DNA from: a phage
NCBI GenBank assembly: GCA_026683435.1
Contig: GCA_026683435.1_4866.1
Strand: one strand, 5' to 3'
DNA length: 64,000 nt
The notes below the pieces were generated by a model. The model had not been told where the DNA came from, made no database searches, and saw nothing but the letters and a program-made list of their open reading frames with translations. The position numbers and the translations under genes were made by a program. Shown in pieces: positions 40,292 to 49,060 of the stretch (its first letter is position 1; each line of letters begins with the position of its first letter).

Positions 40292-40770
40292 ATTTTCTCT
40301 GCTTCCCTCAGCAGGGTGTCTGGTAAATAGAATCGATAAGTCTGCTCCGTGTGCTGTAGTCGTTTCTGTAAGTGTATAAAGATTTCCAATCGCTCATGGT
40401 AACGTAACCAGCCGTTAGCCATCCCTAGGGGCGGTATCGCAATCCCTCCTTCTAAGTCTTCCCCTAGTCGCGCCAGCGCATCAATGCCGGACGTGACATA
40501 GTAAATCTGCGATTTATAGCGAAAATGGGTTTTAGTAGGAAGGAGTATTACCCCTTCCTCAGGATAACAATAGACCTCACCAATAACGATTTGCTCTTTA
40601 CGGCATTTCTGGCGATAGTCATTATAAAGCGATGGGAAGCGTTCTCGGCACGCCAAAGCAATGCCCCTTCCCATTGCACCAACACAGTTAACTGTAACGA
40701 CCTTGAAGCGCTCAGGCGCGTTAAACAGGTCGTGGGAGATAATAGCCTCGTCGATCAGTTCTAGTGGCAT
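40270..40770 (-). CDS. macro-domain protein (putative ADP-ribose binding/processing)
   Basis: Motifs VTVNCVGAMGRGIALACRERFP and GIAIPPLGMANG resemble the two macro-domain signatures; 166 aa. Confidence 0.65.
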   Translation of the reverse strand: MPLELIDEAIISHDLFNAPERFKVVTVNCVGAMGRGIALACRERFPSLYNDYRQKCRKEQIVIGEVYCYPEEGVILLPTKTHFRYKSQIYYVTSGIDALARLGEDLEGGIAIPPLGMANGWLRYHERLEIFIHLQKRLQHTEQTYRFYLPDTLLREAEKIIPKSFK

Positions 40771-40969
40771 CTATTGCCATACCCCATTGTGAAATAACCG
40801 GAGACTGAAGCAACGATTCCAGCTCAGTAAGAACTCTGGCTTTTGCTTCTTCGCGCAACTTACGGACTTCCGGATCGGGTTTACCTGCGCCTAAATATTG
40901 GGGTTCTGTTTGTGGGGTAGGGAAACCACAGAAAGAACTAACCATTATTCCGATGATTGTTTTTTGCAT
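40721..40969 (-). CDS. small hypothetical protein with N-terminal hydrophobic signal
   Basis: 82-aa ORF with RBS gaagga; 50-nt overlap with macro gene lowers confidence. Confidence 0.35.
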   Translation of the reverse strand: MQKTIIGIMVSSFCGFPTPQTEPQYLGAGKPDPEVRKLREEAKARVLTELESLLQSPVISQWGMAIDATRTDRRGYYLPRPV

Positions 40970-41392
40970 TTAGCTATTCCTTCTCACCCAGGTTTGTACC
41001 GCTGACTCGAAACCTTCGTGTTCGATACCGAGTCGTTTCATTGCCAACATAGTGTTGAGGCTATTCGTAATTTCTTCACGGTAGCGATGGTCGTCCATCT
41101 TACGCCAACACTTCTCCGGGTCAACACCTAAGCGTTGGAGTAGATACGCCTCACGCACCATACCAGGCCGCCAGAATTTAGGGCGGGTAATCGCGATTTC
41201 AATCATGGGTGTCATGTCCAACGTGTGCGCGAGAATACTAACCGGCGTTTCCCCAACTTTATCACGTAACGCTAAACGTAACCACCACTGAACGTTTGCT
41301 TTGGTTTCAGGTAACAGATCGTAGAATAAGGCTGTTTCTTCTTCTGATAAATGATCGTATAGTGATTTTGTTTCGCGAATAGCGGTAACCAT
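40970..41392 (-). CDS. hypothetical protein
   Basis: 140-aa ORF. Confidence 0.6.
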   Translation of the reverse strand: MVTAIRETKSLYDHLSEEETALFYDLLPETKANVQWWLRLALRDKVGETPVSILAHTLDMTPMIEIAITRPKFWRPGMVREAYLLQRLGVDPEKCWRKMDDHRYREEITNSLNTMLAMKRLGIEHEGFESAVQTWVRRNS

Positions 41393-41410
41393 TTTAATGC
41401 TCCTTTAGAT

Positions 41411-41929
41411 TTAATCAATCTCGCGTTTAGGGCTCCTGTGAAACTTCACTTCAGGATTATCCTTAAATGTTTCCCAGATAAGGGACGCACCACCAAGCTC
41501 TTTGGTTTTCGTGGTGCGCAGGTGTGAGTCGCCGAGCATAACAGCACAACGTCCTTTTGCCATATACTTTTTAATTTTTTCAACCATTTTAGCTTCACGA
41601 ATATAAAAAGAACGGCTAAAGTTTACAGCCATTCCCTTTTTATCCTTGATATCTTTAGCGTAGGTTGCGTCGCTCCAGTCATCGATCCCAATAGCAGGGA
41701 TGCCGAGTTTCTTAGCCAACTCCAGCCCCATGGGCCCAATAGAGTACATCTTCTCCTTTAATGCCTTATCTTGCGCTTTTGCAGTGTGATATTCATACGG
41801 CCCCAGTTCTTCACACAGTAAAAAATCGTATGGTTTTTTCCGATGGTTATCGATGATCGCCCATTCAACACGATTACGATCGGCCGTGGTATGAATTTCC
41901 CCATATATGTCAACACGAATGTCTGTCAT
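41411..41929 (-). CDS. hypothetical protein
   Basis: 172-aa ORF. Confidence 0.65.
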   Translation of the reverse strand: MTDIRVDIYGEIHTTADRNRVEWAIIDNHRKKPYDFLLCEELGPYEYHTAKAQDKALKEKMYSIGPMGLELAKKLGIPAIGIDDWSDATYAKDIKDKKGMAVNFSRSFYIREAKMVEKIKKYMAKGRCAVMLGDSHLRTTKTKELGGASLIWETFKDNPEVKFHRSPKREID

Positions 41930-42171
41930 TTTAATTCCTCAAAAACTATAGACGCCGGCAGCGTACCAAGCGCTGCTTTAATACACGTACTCAGCGGAGT
42001 ATCATCGAACGCAACACGACCGATAGTACCCACGTTGATGTGTTTTGGATTTACGGGTAAGAACTCCTTCGCCCGTTCGTACTCAGCCCAACAGACATCG
42101 GTGTTTAAAGCTGAAAACCCAGGACGGTGAAACATAAATAGCACCCCTCGCGTAAAAAATACCCCACTCAT
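41926..42171 (-). CDS. hypothetical protein
   Basis: 81-aa ORF, 4-nt overlap with downstream gene. Confidence 0.45.
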   Translation of the reverse strand: MSGVFFTRGVLFMFHRPGFSALNTDVCWAEYERAKEFLPVNPKHINVGTIGRVAFDDTPLSTCIKAALGTLPASIVFEELK

Positions 42172-42206
42172 AGTGAGGCATAATCGTAAGGAGTGCTAAA
42201 ACAGGA

Positions 42207-42722
42207 CTATGCTACCGCAGTCCTTAAAGGATCATCTGCTTCCGCAGGAACCTGCTTCGTAAATTCAAGCCATTGTCCGTCTGTAGAGACGGTCTTGTCA
42301 AAACCGCGAGCGGTAAAGAACGCAATACCAGCTTCCTGGCAAGCGTATATTCCCCCATGCGCACTGGTGAACTTTTCATTCACATCAAGCGCATCAAAAA
42401 TCTGCGTCATCGTTTTGCGACGGCGTGCCATTTCGGACACGAACATCGTACGAATCTTCAGAACCCCAGCGATTACGCGATAGAGACAGTAACCAACAGG
42501 GGTACCCCCTTCCAGAGCAACACAAGCACGGTTCCCCGCCAACAGTTTCTCCAGAGTGAGGTTCGGAATCTCACCTTTTTCGATATGGAGTATGGTACGT
42601 TGGTGGTTCAGAAATTTATAATGCAGCCCCAACAGCTGTTTATTTTGTGCTTCCGTTAAATCTGAAGATGAGGAAAGAATGACAATTTCGGCCATGAGCT
42701 GAATTCCTAAGTGAGCTTTCAC
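42207..42722 (-). CDS. GNAT-like acetyltransferase (tentative)
   Basis: 171-aa ORF; GTG start at 42722 or ATG at 42695; C-terminal YACQEAGIAFFTARGF resembles a GNAT motif. Confidence 0.55.
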   Translation of the reverse strand: MKAHLGIQLMAEIVILSSSSDLTEAQNKQLLGLHYKFLNHQRTILHIEKGEIPNLTLEKLLAGNRACVALEGGTPVGYCLYRVIAGVLKIRTMFVSEMARRRKTMTQIFDALDVNEKFTSAHGGIYACQEAGIAFFTARGFDKTVSTDGQWLEFTKQVPAEADDPLRTAVA

Positions 42723-42763
42723 CTGCGATGAAAGCGAGTAACGAAGAATTGCGTTTGTGTTTT

Positions 42764-42787
42764 CTTAAGTTTACCGGTAAACTTAAG
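42764..42787. promoter_or_regulatory. perfect 24-bp palindrome (candidate operator)
   Basis: CTTAAGTTTACCGGTAAACTTAAG, about 40 nt upstream of the GNAT-like gene. Confidence 0.6.
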
Positions 42788-42841
42788 CGGTGTATACCGC
42801 TGCAGGTAAAGACCAGTTCTCTATCGGAACCGTGTCTTTGA

Positions 42842-43120
42842 TCAACAACGTCGTTGAAAACGCTGCGATGCTGAGGTAACCTTCCGTCGCCACATTCGCT
42901 CATGGCGCTTCTGATTACCACGCCAGTCTTCCCCGACTGTACGTGAAACTGCAAAATCATCCGGCCCGCAGACTTCCGCGATGTCTGCTAGAAGGTTCTT
43001 TGAAGACCCTATAGCCATCCCCGCGCTCGAAAGAACGATACGCCGGGTTGGCACGGCCGCCCCTGAACCCACGACCACGGGATCAGAGACTGTTTCACTG
43101 TTACATGATACTTCTCCCAC
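42842..43120 (-). CDS. hypothetical Gly/Ser-rich protein
   Basis: 92-aa ORF with GTG start and RBS aggaggg. Confidence 0.45.
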   Translation of the reverse strand: MGEVSCNSETVSDPVVVGSGAAVPTRRIVLSSAGMAIGSSKNLLADIAEVCGPDDFAVSRTVGEDWRGNQKRHERMWRRKVTSASQRFQRRC

Positions 43121-43138
43121 TTCGTAATTACCCTCCTG

Positions 43139-43246
43139 TTAAAACCAACCTTGCGTCAATGCAAGGATTGCGCCTAGGGCGTATGCGCCTGCTCCTAGTA
43201 CCAGACTACAGATGATACACCCAACCCACTTCACTAAAATAACCAT
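43139..43246 (-). CDS. small hydrophobic peptide (35 aa)
   Basis: Manual translation MVILVKWVGCIICSLVLGAGAYALGAILALTQGWF; below ORF-track cutoff; weak RBS. Confidence 0.3.
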   Translation of the reverse strand: MVILVKWVGCIICSLVLGAGAYALGAILALTQGWF

Positions 43247-43365
43247 GATGCCAGAAATGCTCCGATTGCACAGATGATAATCGTAATGCCAAGGTCTGTC
43301 CAGGTGGCACCATCATACGCACCTGTTGCAATCATCGCCGCGTTGACACTATTCACGACTGTCAT
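43234..43365 (-). CDS. small hydrophobic peptide (43 aa)
   Basis: Manual translation MTVVNSVNAAMIATGAYDGATWTDLGITIIICAIGAFLASWLF; RBS aaggga. Confidence 0.35.
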   Translation of the reverse strand: MTVVNSVNAAMIATGAYDGATWTDLGITIIICAIGAFLASWLF

Positions 43366-43552
43366 AAGCCGGGTCCCTTAAACGCGGGGGCTTGCTCCAC
43401 AGATTACCGAAGTAAACCCCTTCTAAGAACACCAAAACAACTAAGCCCCAAAAGGCAGGCGTAGCGCGAGACATGAAAATACCGAGTAGCACCACAGTGT
43501 GCATTACCACAACTGCCCAAAACTTTAAACGACCAGGTTTACGTCTTGCCAT
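43349..43552 (-). CDS. small membrane protein (67 aa)
   Basis: ORF track 43349..43597 (GTG start); trimmed to ATG 43552 (MARRKPGRLKFWAVVVMHTVVLLGIF…). Confidence 0.45.
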   Translation of the reverse strand: MARRKPGRLKFWAVVVMHTVVLLGIFMSRATPAFWGLVVLVFLEGVYFGNLWSKPPRLRDPAYDSRE

Positions 43553-43643
43553 GGAATGCCCATCCTTTCGTGCGGATAATCCAACCCCAGGCACCACGAA
43601 TCAACCACAGTGCAATACCGGTTAATACGATACCTTCAATCAT
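43539..43643 (-). CDS. small hydrophobic peptide (34 aa)
   Basis: Manual translation MIEGIVLTGIALWLIRGAWGWIIRTKGWAFHGKT; RBS ggagaa; ATGA overlap with upstream stop. Confidence 0.4.
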   Translation of the reverse strand: MIEGIVLTGIALWLIRGAWGWIIRTKGWAFHGKT

Positions 43644-43831
43644 GTCCGTTCTCCTATATCTCGCCACTCACAACGCGTGTCGAACAGACGTTCTTTAAGA
43701 GCAGCAGCTAAATAAACGACCGCAGCGATAACCACTACGGTTGCACAAAAGGAGAGGTACAGTACCATCACAACAAACTGAAGGAACTGAAAACCCCACC
43801 AAGCCCATAAGCGCCAACCGTTATGATGCAT
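43640..43831 (-). CDS. small membrane protein (63 aa)
   Basis: ORF track; hydrophobic helix FQFLQFVVMVLYLSFCATVVVIAAVVYLAAAL. Confidence 0.5.
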   Translation of the reverse strand: MHHNGWRLWAWWGFQFLQFVVMVLYLSFCATVVVIAAVVYLAAALKERLFDTRCEWRDIGERT

Positions 43832-46331
43832 ATTTGATTATTACCCCTTCGTTATAAACCGGTGGAAGCGTTACACCTTCTGGCTCCACGACACAGTAGG
43901 TGGCTTCGTTAAGTTTAGAATGAACTTCCGCTTCATGCGAAACGACCAGCAATTGAGAAAACTCTCCCGACAACGCCAACGATTTAATGAAGTTGACCAG
44001 TCGATTTTTGTGTTCTTCATCCATGCCTTCAGAGGGTTCATCCAATAACAAAGGATAGTTTTGTAAACCAAGCGCTTTATACGCTGTTAAACGAAACATC
44101 ATGTTAAAGATAATACGCTGTGCCTTCGAACCTTTCTTCACATCCGGCACCAGTTCTTCATGGTCTTTTAATCGCACCGGGAAAGTATAATCCAAATCCC
44201 CGTCGGTTAGATCGCATGGAATAACCTGCATCGGATATGCCCATACCGTTTCGATATACCGATTCATTAAATCCATGATGCGGGTAATCGCAGCATAAAA
44301 GTAACGACGCAATAATCCCTTTTCGGGTGAGACGGCATTGATAATCAATCTGGCATGATGGTGTTCTTTGAGCAACTCAGCTTGCTCTTTTTCCAATTCC
44401 GCTAAACGTGCAATAGCCCCTTCCATTTGACGAAACCGTTCACGAGCGGAAGTGTACGCATCGAGCTTCGCTTCGCGTCGGTTTAACAACTCGCGAACCA
44501 CGACGTTGTTAACGGAGATGTTCATTTCCGATACCAGATGTTCGTAGCCTTTTTGGAAACGTTCGATTGCTTCTTTGGTTTGTTGCAGTTGGGTGGTTTC
44601 GCGTTCCAGCACATTGGCTTGTCTGCGGTATTCTATCAGTCGACGGTTAGCCCCGTCCAGTTGTGAACGGATATGTTCAATTTTCTGGCTCAGCGCACCA
44701 TCAACGTTACCTACTGCGGCAACAGCCTCTTGCCATTCCCGTTCCGCTGTTGCAAGCTTCTCCGATTGACGCAGATACATCATGGCCGAATCTAGCTCTT
44801 CAGTAAAGGCACGTGCAATGGCACCGTAACGATCCCGCGCCATGGTGAAGATATCCAGCTCCTGCAGTTTACGGAAAAACAAACCGACAACGGGATGGTT
44901 GGAATACGACATGACGATTTCGCGAATCGTACGTAAGCTACGGACGTCCTCTTCAATCTCTTTGCGGTCACGCAAAAGACTATCCATTTCGTCTTTCAGC
45001 TGCTTCTTCCAACCTTCATTATCGTTGATGGCCTTTTCAATTTCAGGTAACGACTTACGAATCCCAGGACGGAAACGGTGGTTACACTGTGGACAATCAA
45101 CTTCTGCAGTTTCTAAGAAGTGTTGACGGTCGTGGTATAAACCGTGTAGCACATTCTCACAACGTTGCAGCTTTTCAGATAGACCCGCAGAGGTTAAATC
45201 CATACCCTGTAAACGCTTCTCTAACGCTCCCAGGCGCTCTGTTGTCTTTAACTGGTCCAGATGCATGGACAACGGTAAATTCCAGTTACAGGCATCGTTT
45301 AACGCGTTCTGAATGCTATCCACATCGATGCGGGTGCCTTCAAACAGAGCCGGGAACATCCAGTTCTGTTGGAACGTTGCCAGTTCCTGTTTTAAGCTGT
45401 CGATTGTTTGTTTTAGACCGGTATGGTTGCGCATCAGATATGCTTGACGCGACTCCTCATCCAGTAGCTGTGACAACTCTTTATTGTACATGTTGCATTC
45501 AGTTTCAGCAGAGGCCGCTTGCTCACGCCAGGCAACCACACGACTTTGAAACTCGTTAATCAGTTCGTCAGAAGGCAGAACGCCATAACGTTCCATAATG
45601 AGTTTTACAGCCGGTTGCAACGAGGCAATGCGTTTCCGGATACTATCAACCGAAACGGCGTTATCTAAACCGGGTCTCGCTTCAATGGTGCGGTTTAGTT
45701 CCTGAAGCTCAACGTCCAGTTCTTTCAAACGAACTTCTAAACGTGCACGATCTTCTTCATCGTCCACCACGCGCATTTTTGCCTCACCGATTTTACGGCC
45801 GGTGTGCTCAATGGCCCCACTTAAACTGGAAGCGAGTTTACGCAGACGACGATAACAACCAACGACGTACGTCAGATCAGATTCTGACATTAACGTAAAC
45901 CATTTACGACGAACTTCAGTGGTAGCGTCTGTTAATAAGGTTTCACCGTTAATTAACTCTTTGATTTCTTTGGTGATCCCGGTTAACTGTTCCACCATGG
46001 AGTTGTAAACTTTGGCGTTTACCGAGTCTACGACGGAGACACCTTTAGTGATGTTGAAGATACTACAAGACAGAGAAGAGCCACGACGCAGGACTTCAAA
46101 CTTAAGACGGTCGTCCCCAACTAACGCGTAGTTAGTGTAGGAACCACCTTCACGGAATTCTGATTTTGCTGGAGCTAAGGGGAGAAAAACAGATAGGAGG
46201 CTTGTTTTACCGCAGCCGTTGCCACCGAGGATGATGGTAACGGTTGACTTAAGGGTGAAATCAAACGTTTCGATTTCATGTAACCCCATGCCGGTAAATC
46301 CTTTCAAAATGATACGTTCGACCTTGAGCAT
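43821..46331 (-). CDS. Rad50/SbcC-like recombination/repair ATPase
   Basis: N-terminal Walker A GGNGCGKTSLL; central CxxC zinc hook (CPQCNHRF) within coiled-coil-like sequence; C-terminal Walker B LLLDEPSEGMD; 836 aa. Confidence 0.85.
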   Translation of the reverse strand: MLKVERIILKGFTGMGLHEIETFDFTLKSTVTIILGGNGCGKTSLLSVFLPLAPAKSEFREGGSYTNYALVGDDRLKFEVLRRGSSLSCSIFNITKGVSVVDSVNAKVYNSMVEQLTGITKEIKELINGETLLTDATTEVRRKWFTLMSESDLTYVVGCYRRLRKLASSLSGAIEHTGRKIGEAKMRVVDDEEDRARLEVRLKELDVELQELNRTIEARPGLDNAVSVDSIRKRIASLQPAVKLIMERYGVLPSDELINEFQSRVVAWREQAASAETECNMYNKELSQLLDEESRQAYLMRNHTGLKQTIDSLKQELATFQQNWMFPALFEGTRIDVDSIQNALNDACNWNLPLSMHLDQLKTTERLGALEKRLQGMDLTSAGLSEKLQRCENVLHGLYHDRQHFLETAEVDCPQCNHRFRPGIRKSLPEIEKAINDNEGWKKQLKDEMDSLLRDRKEIEEDVRSLRTIREIVMSYSNHPVVGLFFRKLQELDIFTMARDRYGAIARAFTEELDSAMMYLRQSEKLATAEREWQEAVAAVGNVDGALSQKIEHIRSQLDGANRRLIEYRRQANVLERETTQLQQTKEAIERFQKGYEHLVSEMNISVNNVVVRELLNRREAKLDAYTSARERFRQMEGAIARLAELEKEQAELLKEHHHARLIINAVSPEKGLLRRYFYAAITRIMDLMNRYIETVWAYPMQVIPCDLTDGDLDYTFPVRLKDHEELVPDVKKGSKAQRIIFNMMFRLTAYKALGLQNYPLLLDEPSEGMDEEHKNRLVNFIKSLALSGEFSQLLVVSHEAEVHSKLNEATYCVVEPEGVTLPPVYNEGVIIKYAS

Positions 46332-46398
46332 GTTTGCCTTCTAATGAGAAAGTATTAGTCGTTCATATCCAAAAGGTCATGCGTAAAAAAGAAGAAAT

Positions 46399-46416
46399 GG
46401 AACCCCGAAGGGTTCC
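46399..46416 (-). terminator. intrinsic terminator (minus strand)
   Basis: hairpin ggaaccc-cgaa-gggttcc with T-run on minus strand. Confidence 0.55.
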
Positions 46417-46427
46417 AGAGAGGAGAG

Positions 46428-47054
46428 TTATTGCGGAATAAACTTACGGTGTCCGAGTGATTCCCAAAAACTATCGGTGCGCTCTTTGGTTAATTCATAC
46501 CACGCCCGCCCGGCATCAGAATCGACAACCTTTAACGTTTCAGTAAGCAGGAATTTGAACAGTTCGGCACTACGACCGGGTGCCACGCCGTCGAGATATA
46601 TCGGGATTAAATAACCGGTTTTGATTTCTTCGTACGCTTGCGATTGGTGCTGGCCAACAACCCAGGCATCAGCAGCGCTACCGACCAAAGTGGTGTTTAC
46701 AGTCAACTCATCAGAAATCCAGTTAACTGTATCAGCCATTATTGAATCGCCATTGACGTAGAAGAAAACCAAACGCTTAGGTTGCTCCACCGAACCAGCC
46801 AAATCTAATGCGGTGGTTCCGGTAAAGATCGTATTGTTAGGGTTACGTTCTGCAATAGGTAGAGCAAACCACGCTTCTAGCTGTTCCCAGCTACGCGGCA
46901 GTGCTTCTTTAAACCACTTCACCAATCGCGGGTATTCCAGAAACCCTTCTACCTCTTCTTCCATCAGATTGATACGCAGTTTGGTATCCCGACGATTCGC
47001 TTTCTGACACGTCACCATGTCGTCGATGAAACGAATCAGGGTAATCTCGTTCAT
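46428..47054 (-). CDS. hypothetical protein
   Basis: 208-aa ORF. Confidence 0.65.
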   Translation of the reverse strand: MNEITLIRFIDDMVTCQKANRRDTKLRINLMEEEVEGFLEYPRLVKWFKEALPRSWEQLEAWFALPIAERNPNNTIFTGTTALDLAGSVEQPKRLVFFYVNGDSIMADTVNWISDELTVNTTLVGSAADAWVVGQHQSQAYEEIKTGYLIPIYLDGVAPGRSAELFKFLLTETLKVVDSDAGRAWYELTKERTDSFWESLGHRKFIPQ

Positions 47055-47081
47055 GTTTAATCCTTCTTCAACAAAAAAAGA

Positions 47082-47101
47082 AGGTAGCCCGTAGGCTACC
47101 T
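47082..47101 (-). terminator. intrinsic terminator (minus strand)
   Basis: hairpin aggtagcc-cgta-ggctacct with T-run on minus strand. Confidence 0.6.
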
Positions 47102-47108
47102 CTCGTAT

Positions 47109-47609
47109 TTACAGCCCCATATGCATAAGGGAAATGATTGGGACCTTATGGCCACGAATCATTGCATACGGTTCGTACATTTGTGCGTTGGTTTCGAATA
47201 ACTCACAGGCCGGAATACGGTCACCGGTAGAGAGTTGTAAGACCTCAATTTGGTCGCCCCAGAAGTTATTCACTAATACGTGGTCGACGGTGTTGTCTTC
47301 ACGACCTTCAGGGGTGCTACGATAGGTGGCTGCATCGTACCAACCTTTGCGGTATACTTCATATCCCGCGTGAAGCATCCGGTAGTACGGACGTAGCTGT
47401 GGGGCATTCAACGCAGCATCTAACCATTCGCTGTGGATGCTGTTAATCAGTACAGTTGCTTCTGCTGGCCAGTCGGTGCGATTGAGGGTTAACTCGCCTA
47501 ACAACTTCAACTTCCAACCAGTAGAAAGAATAGCACGGGTACGTTCAGGGTTAACGTTCATCTGAGTAAAGAAAGAAGAACGGGTATCGTCGAGAATGTT
47601 CATGTTCAT
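47109..47609 (-). CDS. hypothetical protein
   Basis: ORF track 47109..47675; start moved to ATG 47609 (MNMNILDD) with RBS aagga so the upstream hairpin is intergenic. Confidence 0.6.
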   Translation of the reverse strand: MNMNILDDTRSSFFTQMNVNPERTRAILSTGWKLKLLGELTLNRTDWPAEATVLINSIHSEWLDAALNAPQLRPYYRMLHAGYEVYRKGWYDAATYRSTPEGREDNTVDHVLVNNFWGDQIEVLQLSTGDRIPACELFETNAQMYEPYAMIRGHKVPIISLMHMGL

Positions 47610-47647
47610 TTGCTTAATCCTTACGGGTAATAGTCGATTAAAAAGGA

Positions 47648-47683
47648 CCCTGCGGCTAAGTGTTGGGGAAATCACCGCAGGGC
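47648..47683 (-). terminator. hairpin with long loop (putative terminator)
   Basis: ccctgcgg…ccgcaggg 8-bp stem followed by T-run on minus strand. Confidence 0.4.
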
Positions 47684-47709
47684 CAAAGTGAGATGGGTCG
47701 TCATCTCAC

Positions 47710-47738
47710 GTTATAACATCTGTCTGAAAACTTTTCGG
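47710..47738. promoter_or_regulatory. partial copy of conserved element (copy E)
   Basis: GTTATAACATCTGTCTGAAAACTTTTCGG; shares ATCTGTCTGA with copy A. Confidence 0.3.
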
Positions 47739-48122
47739 TTACTGGTCGAGCGCTATTGAACCACGCACTTCGCCTTGTTGTTCAATAACCAGGAGGCGCT
47801 GTTTGGTTTTCGTATTGTAAGCGAGCGACGCGCGAAGCGTCGGGTCGCACGTTATTGTCTCTACTGGCACAATCTCTTGTGCCTTTGAGTTCAACAGAAA
47901 GTAATAACCTGCCGGACAAGTTTCCTCGCCCTTTGCGTGGACTAGGATGTACTCGTCGTGCCGGCTGACTTCTTCACATCTACCATCGTCGCCAGTACAG
48001 ACTTCGAACGAAGGCGGGTTGTACTGATACGGTGTGCCTGGTAGTAAATCTTCTACGCTGGTTGTAGCTGAAGCAGAAGCGGTCAAGAACACCGCCGCGA
48101 TAATACCCATAAATCCACGCAT
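47739..48122 (-). CDS. small secreted Cys-containing protein, paralog S1
   Basis: 127-aa ORF; signal peptide MRGFMGIIAAVFLTASASA; motif ILVHAKGEETCPAGYYF. Confidence 0.7.
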   Translation of the reverse strand: MRGFMGIIAAVFLTASASATTSVEDLLPGTPYQYNPPSFEVCTGDDGRCEEVSRHDEYILVHAKGEETCPAGYYFLLNSKAQEIVPVETITCDPTLRASLAYNTKTKQRLLVIEQQGEVRGSIALDQ

Positions 48123-48135
48123 GTTGTTTCCTTAC

Positions 48136-48546
48136 TTAAAAGTCGAGTTTATTGATGCCCACGTTTTTCTTAATCGTAGGGTCGTACATGATAACCGTCA
48201 GGGCATTGTCGCCTGGGTCGCGAGTAAACTCGGCAACGGCTTCACCACTGCAGGCTTGGTTATCATTATAGTTCATGGATTCGGCTTGCCCGGTTGCCAT
48301 GTTAATGACCCCGTATTCAGGGTCGCCACATGCGACACCGCCCATCGTTTTCACTAACAGATAACGGTTGTTATCGGACATCGCAACGATCTGGCAGCTA
48401 CCGCCTTGTACGTCAGAGTTCTGGCACCAGAACTCTCCGCCGTATTCGTGATCGTTAACAACTTTTGGTAACTCGATACTTCCAGCACGAGCGAAGAAGC
48501 TAATGGCCAGAGTAGCAAGTAAAACTGGTAATAAAAAATGTTTCAT
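48136..48546 (-). CDS. small secreted Cys-containing protein, paralog S2
   Basis: 136-aa ORF; signal peptide MKHFLLPVLLATLAISFFARA; motif LLVKTMGGVACGDPEYG. Confidence 0.7.
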   Translation of the reverse strand: MKHFLLPVLLATLAISFFARAGSIELPKVVNDHEYGGEFWCQNSDVQGGSCQIVAMSDNNRYLLVKTMGGVACGDPEYGVINMATGQAESMNYNDNQACSGEAVAEFTRDPGDNALTVIMYDPTIKKNVGINKLDF

Positions 48547-48568
48547 AATAGCACCTCAATTTTTTGAG

Positions 48569-49060
48569 TTATTCTGAATAGTCGATTGTTTTGATGGTTT
48601 CCATACCGTAGTACATAGCGATGGAGGCCAGAGTTTTGGTATCCGGTCGCTGTACAAAACCGGCCCTGAAATCTTTGCTGCAAATTTTCTCCACTGATAG
48701 TTCATCACGATTAGGGATAAGCCATAACGCGTCACCGTTGTGACGGTCGACTGCACCCCACCAACCTCCTGGGCAATCTTTATCGCCCGGACGGTGTACG
48801 ATAGCGACACGACCGTTGAAGGATATGTCAACTACACGACACTGTTTCTTAAGCAGCTTACGCGCATTGCACCAGAACGGCTTATCATTAAGATTGATGG
48901 TGCGGGTATATGCTGGAATGCTGCCGTTAATACTGCCCTGGAACCCGCTGAATTCGTCAGCGCGTGCCTTAGAAATCCGTAGCCCAACAACAACTGCCAT
49001 CAACAGCACAGTAAAAAGCACCACTTTGGCCAAGTGGCGATTAACGTTATTGCATTTCAT
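48569..49060 (-). CDS. small secreted Cys-containing protein, paralog S3
   Basis: ORF track 48569..49105; start moved to ATG 49060 (MKCNNV) with RBS ggagat; motif AIVHRPGDKDCPGGWWG. Confidence 0.65.
   Translation of the reverse strand: MKCNNVNRHLAKVVLFTVLLMAVVVGLRISKARADEFSGFQGSINGSIPAYTRTINLNDKPFWCNARKLLKKQCRVVDISFNGRVAIVHRPGDKDCPGGWWGAVDRHNGDALWLIPNRDELSVEKICSKDFRAGFVQRPDTKTLASIAMYYGMETIKTIDYSE

Noticed and set aside
40118-40330. Plus-strand 70-aa ORF overlapping conserved element copy C
   Set aside because: Overlaps the ends of two well-supported minus-strand genes and has no RBS.
42640-42960. Minus-strand 106-aa ORF upstream of the GNAT-like gene
   Set aside because: Overlaps the GNAT-like gene start and the palindrome region, with no RBS and poor composition.
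42723-43136. Possible tRNA or other structured RNA in ORF-poor gaps (also 54758-54965)
   Set aside because: I found no cloverleaf-compatible arms or GTTCRA T-loop; the gaps are better explained as regulatory regions and small-peptide genes. A tRNAscan-SE run would settle this.
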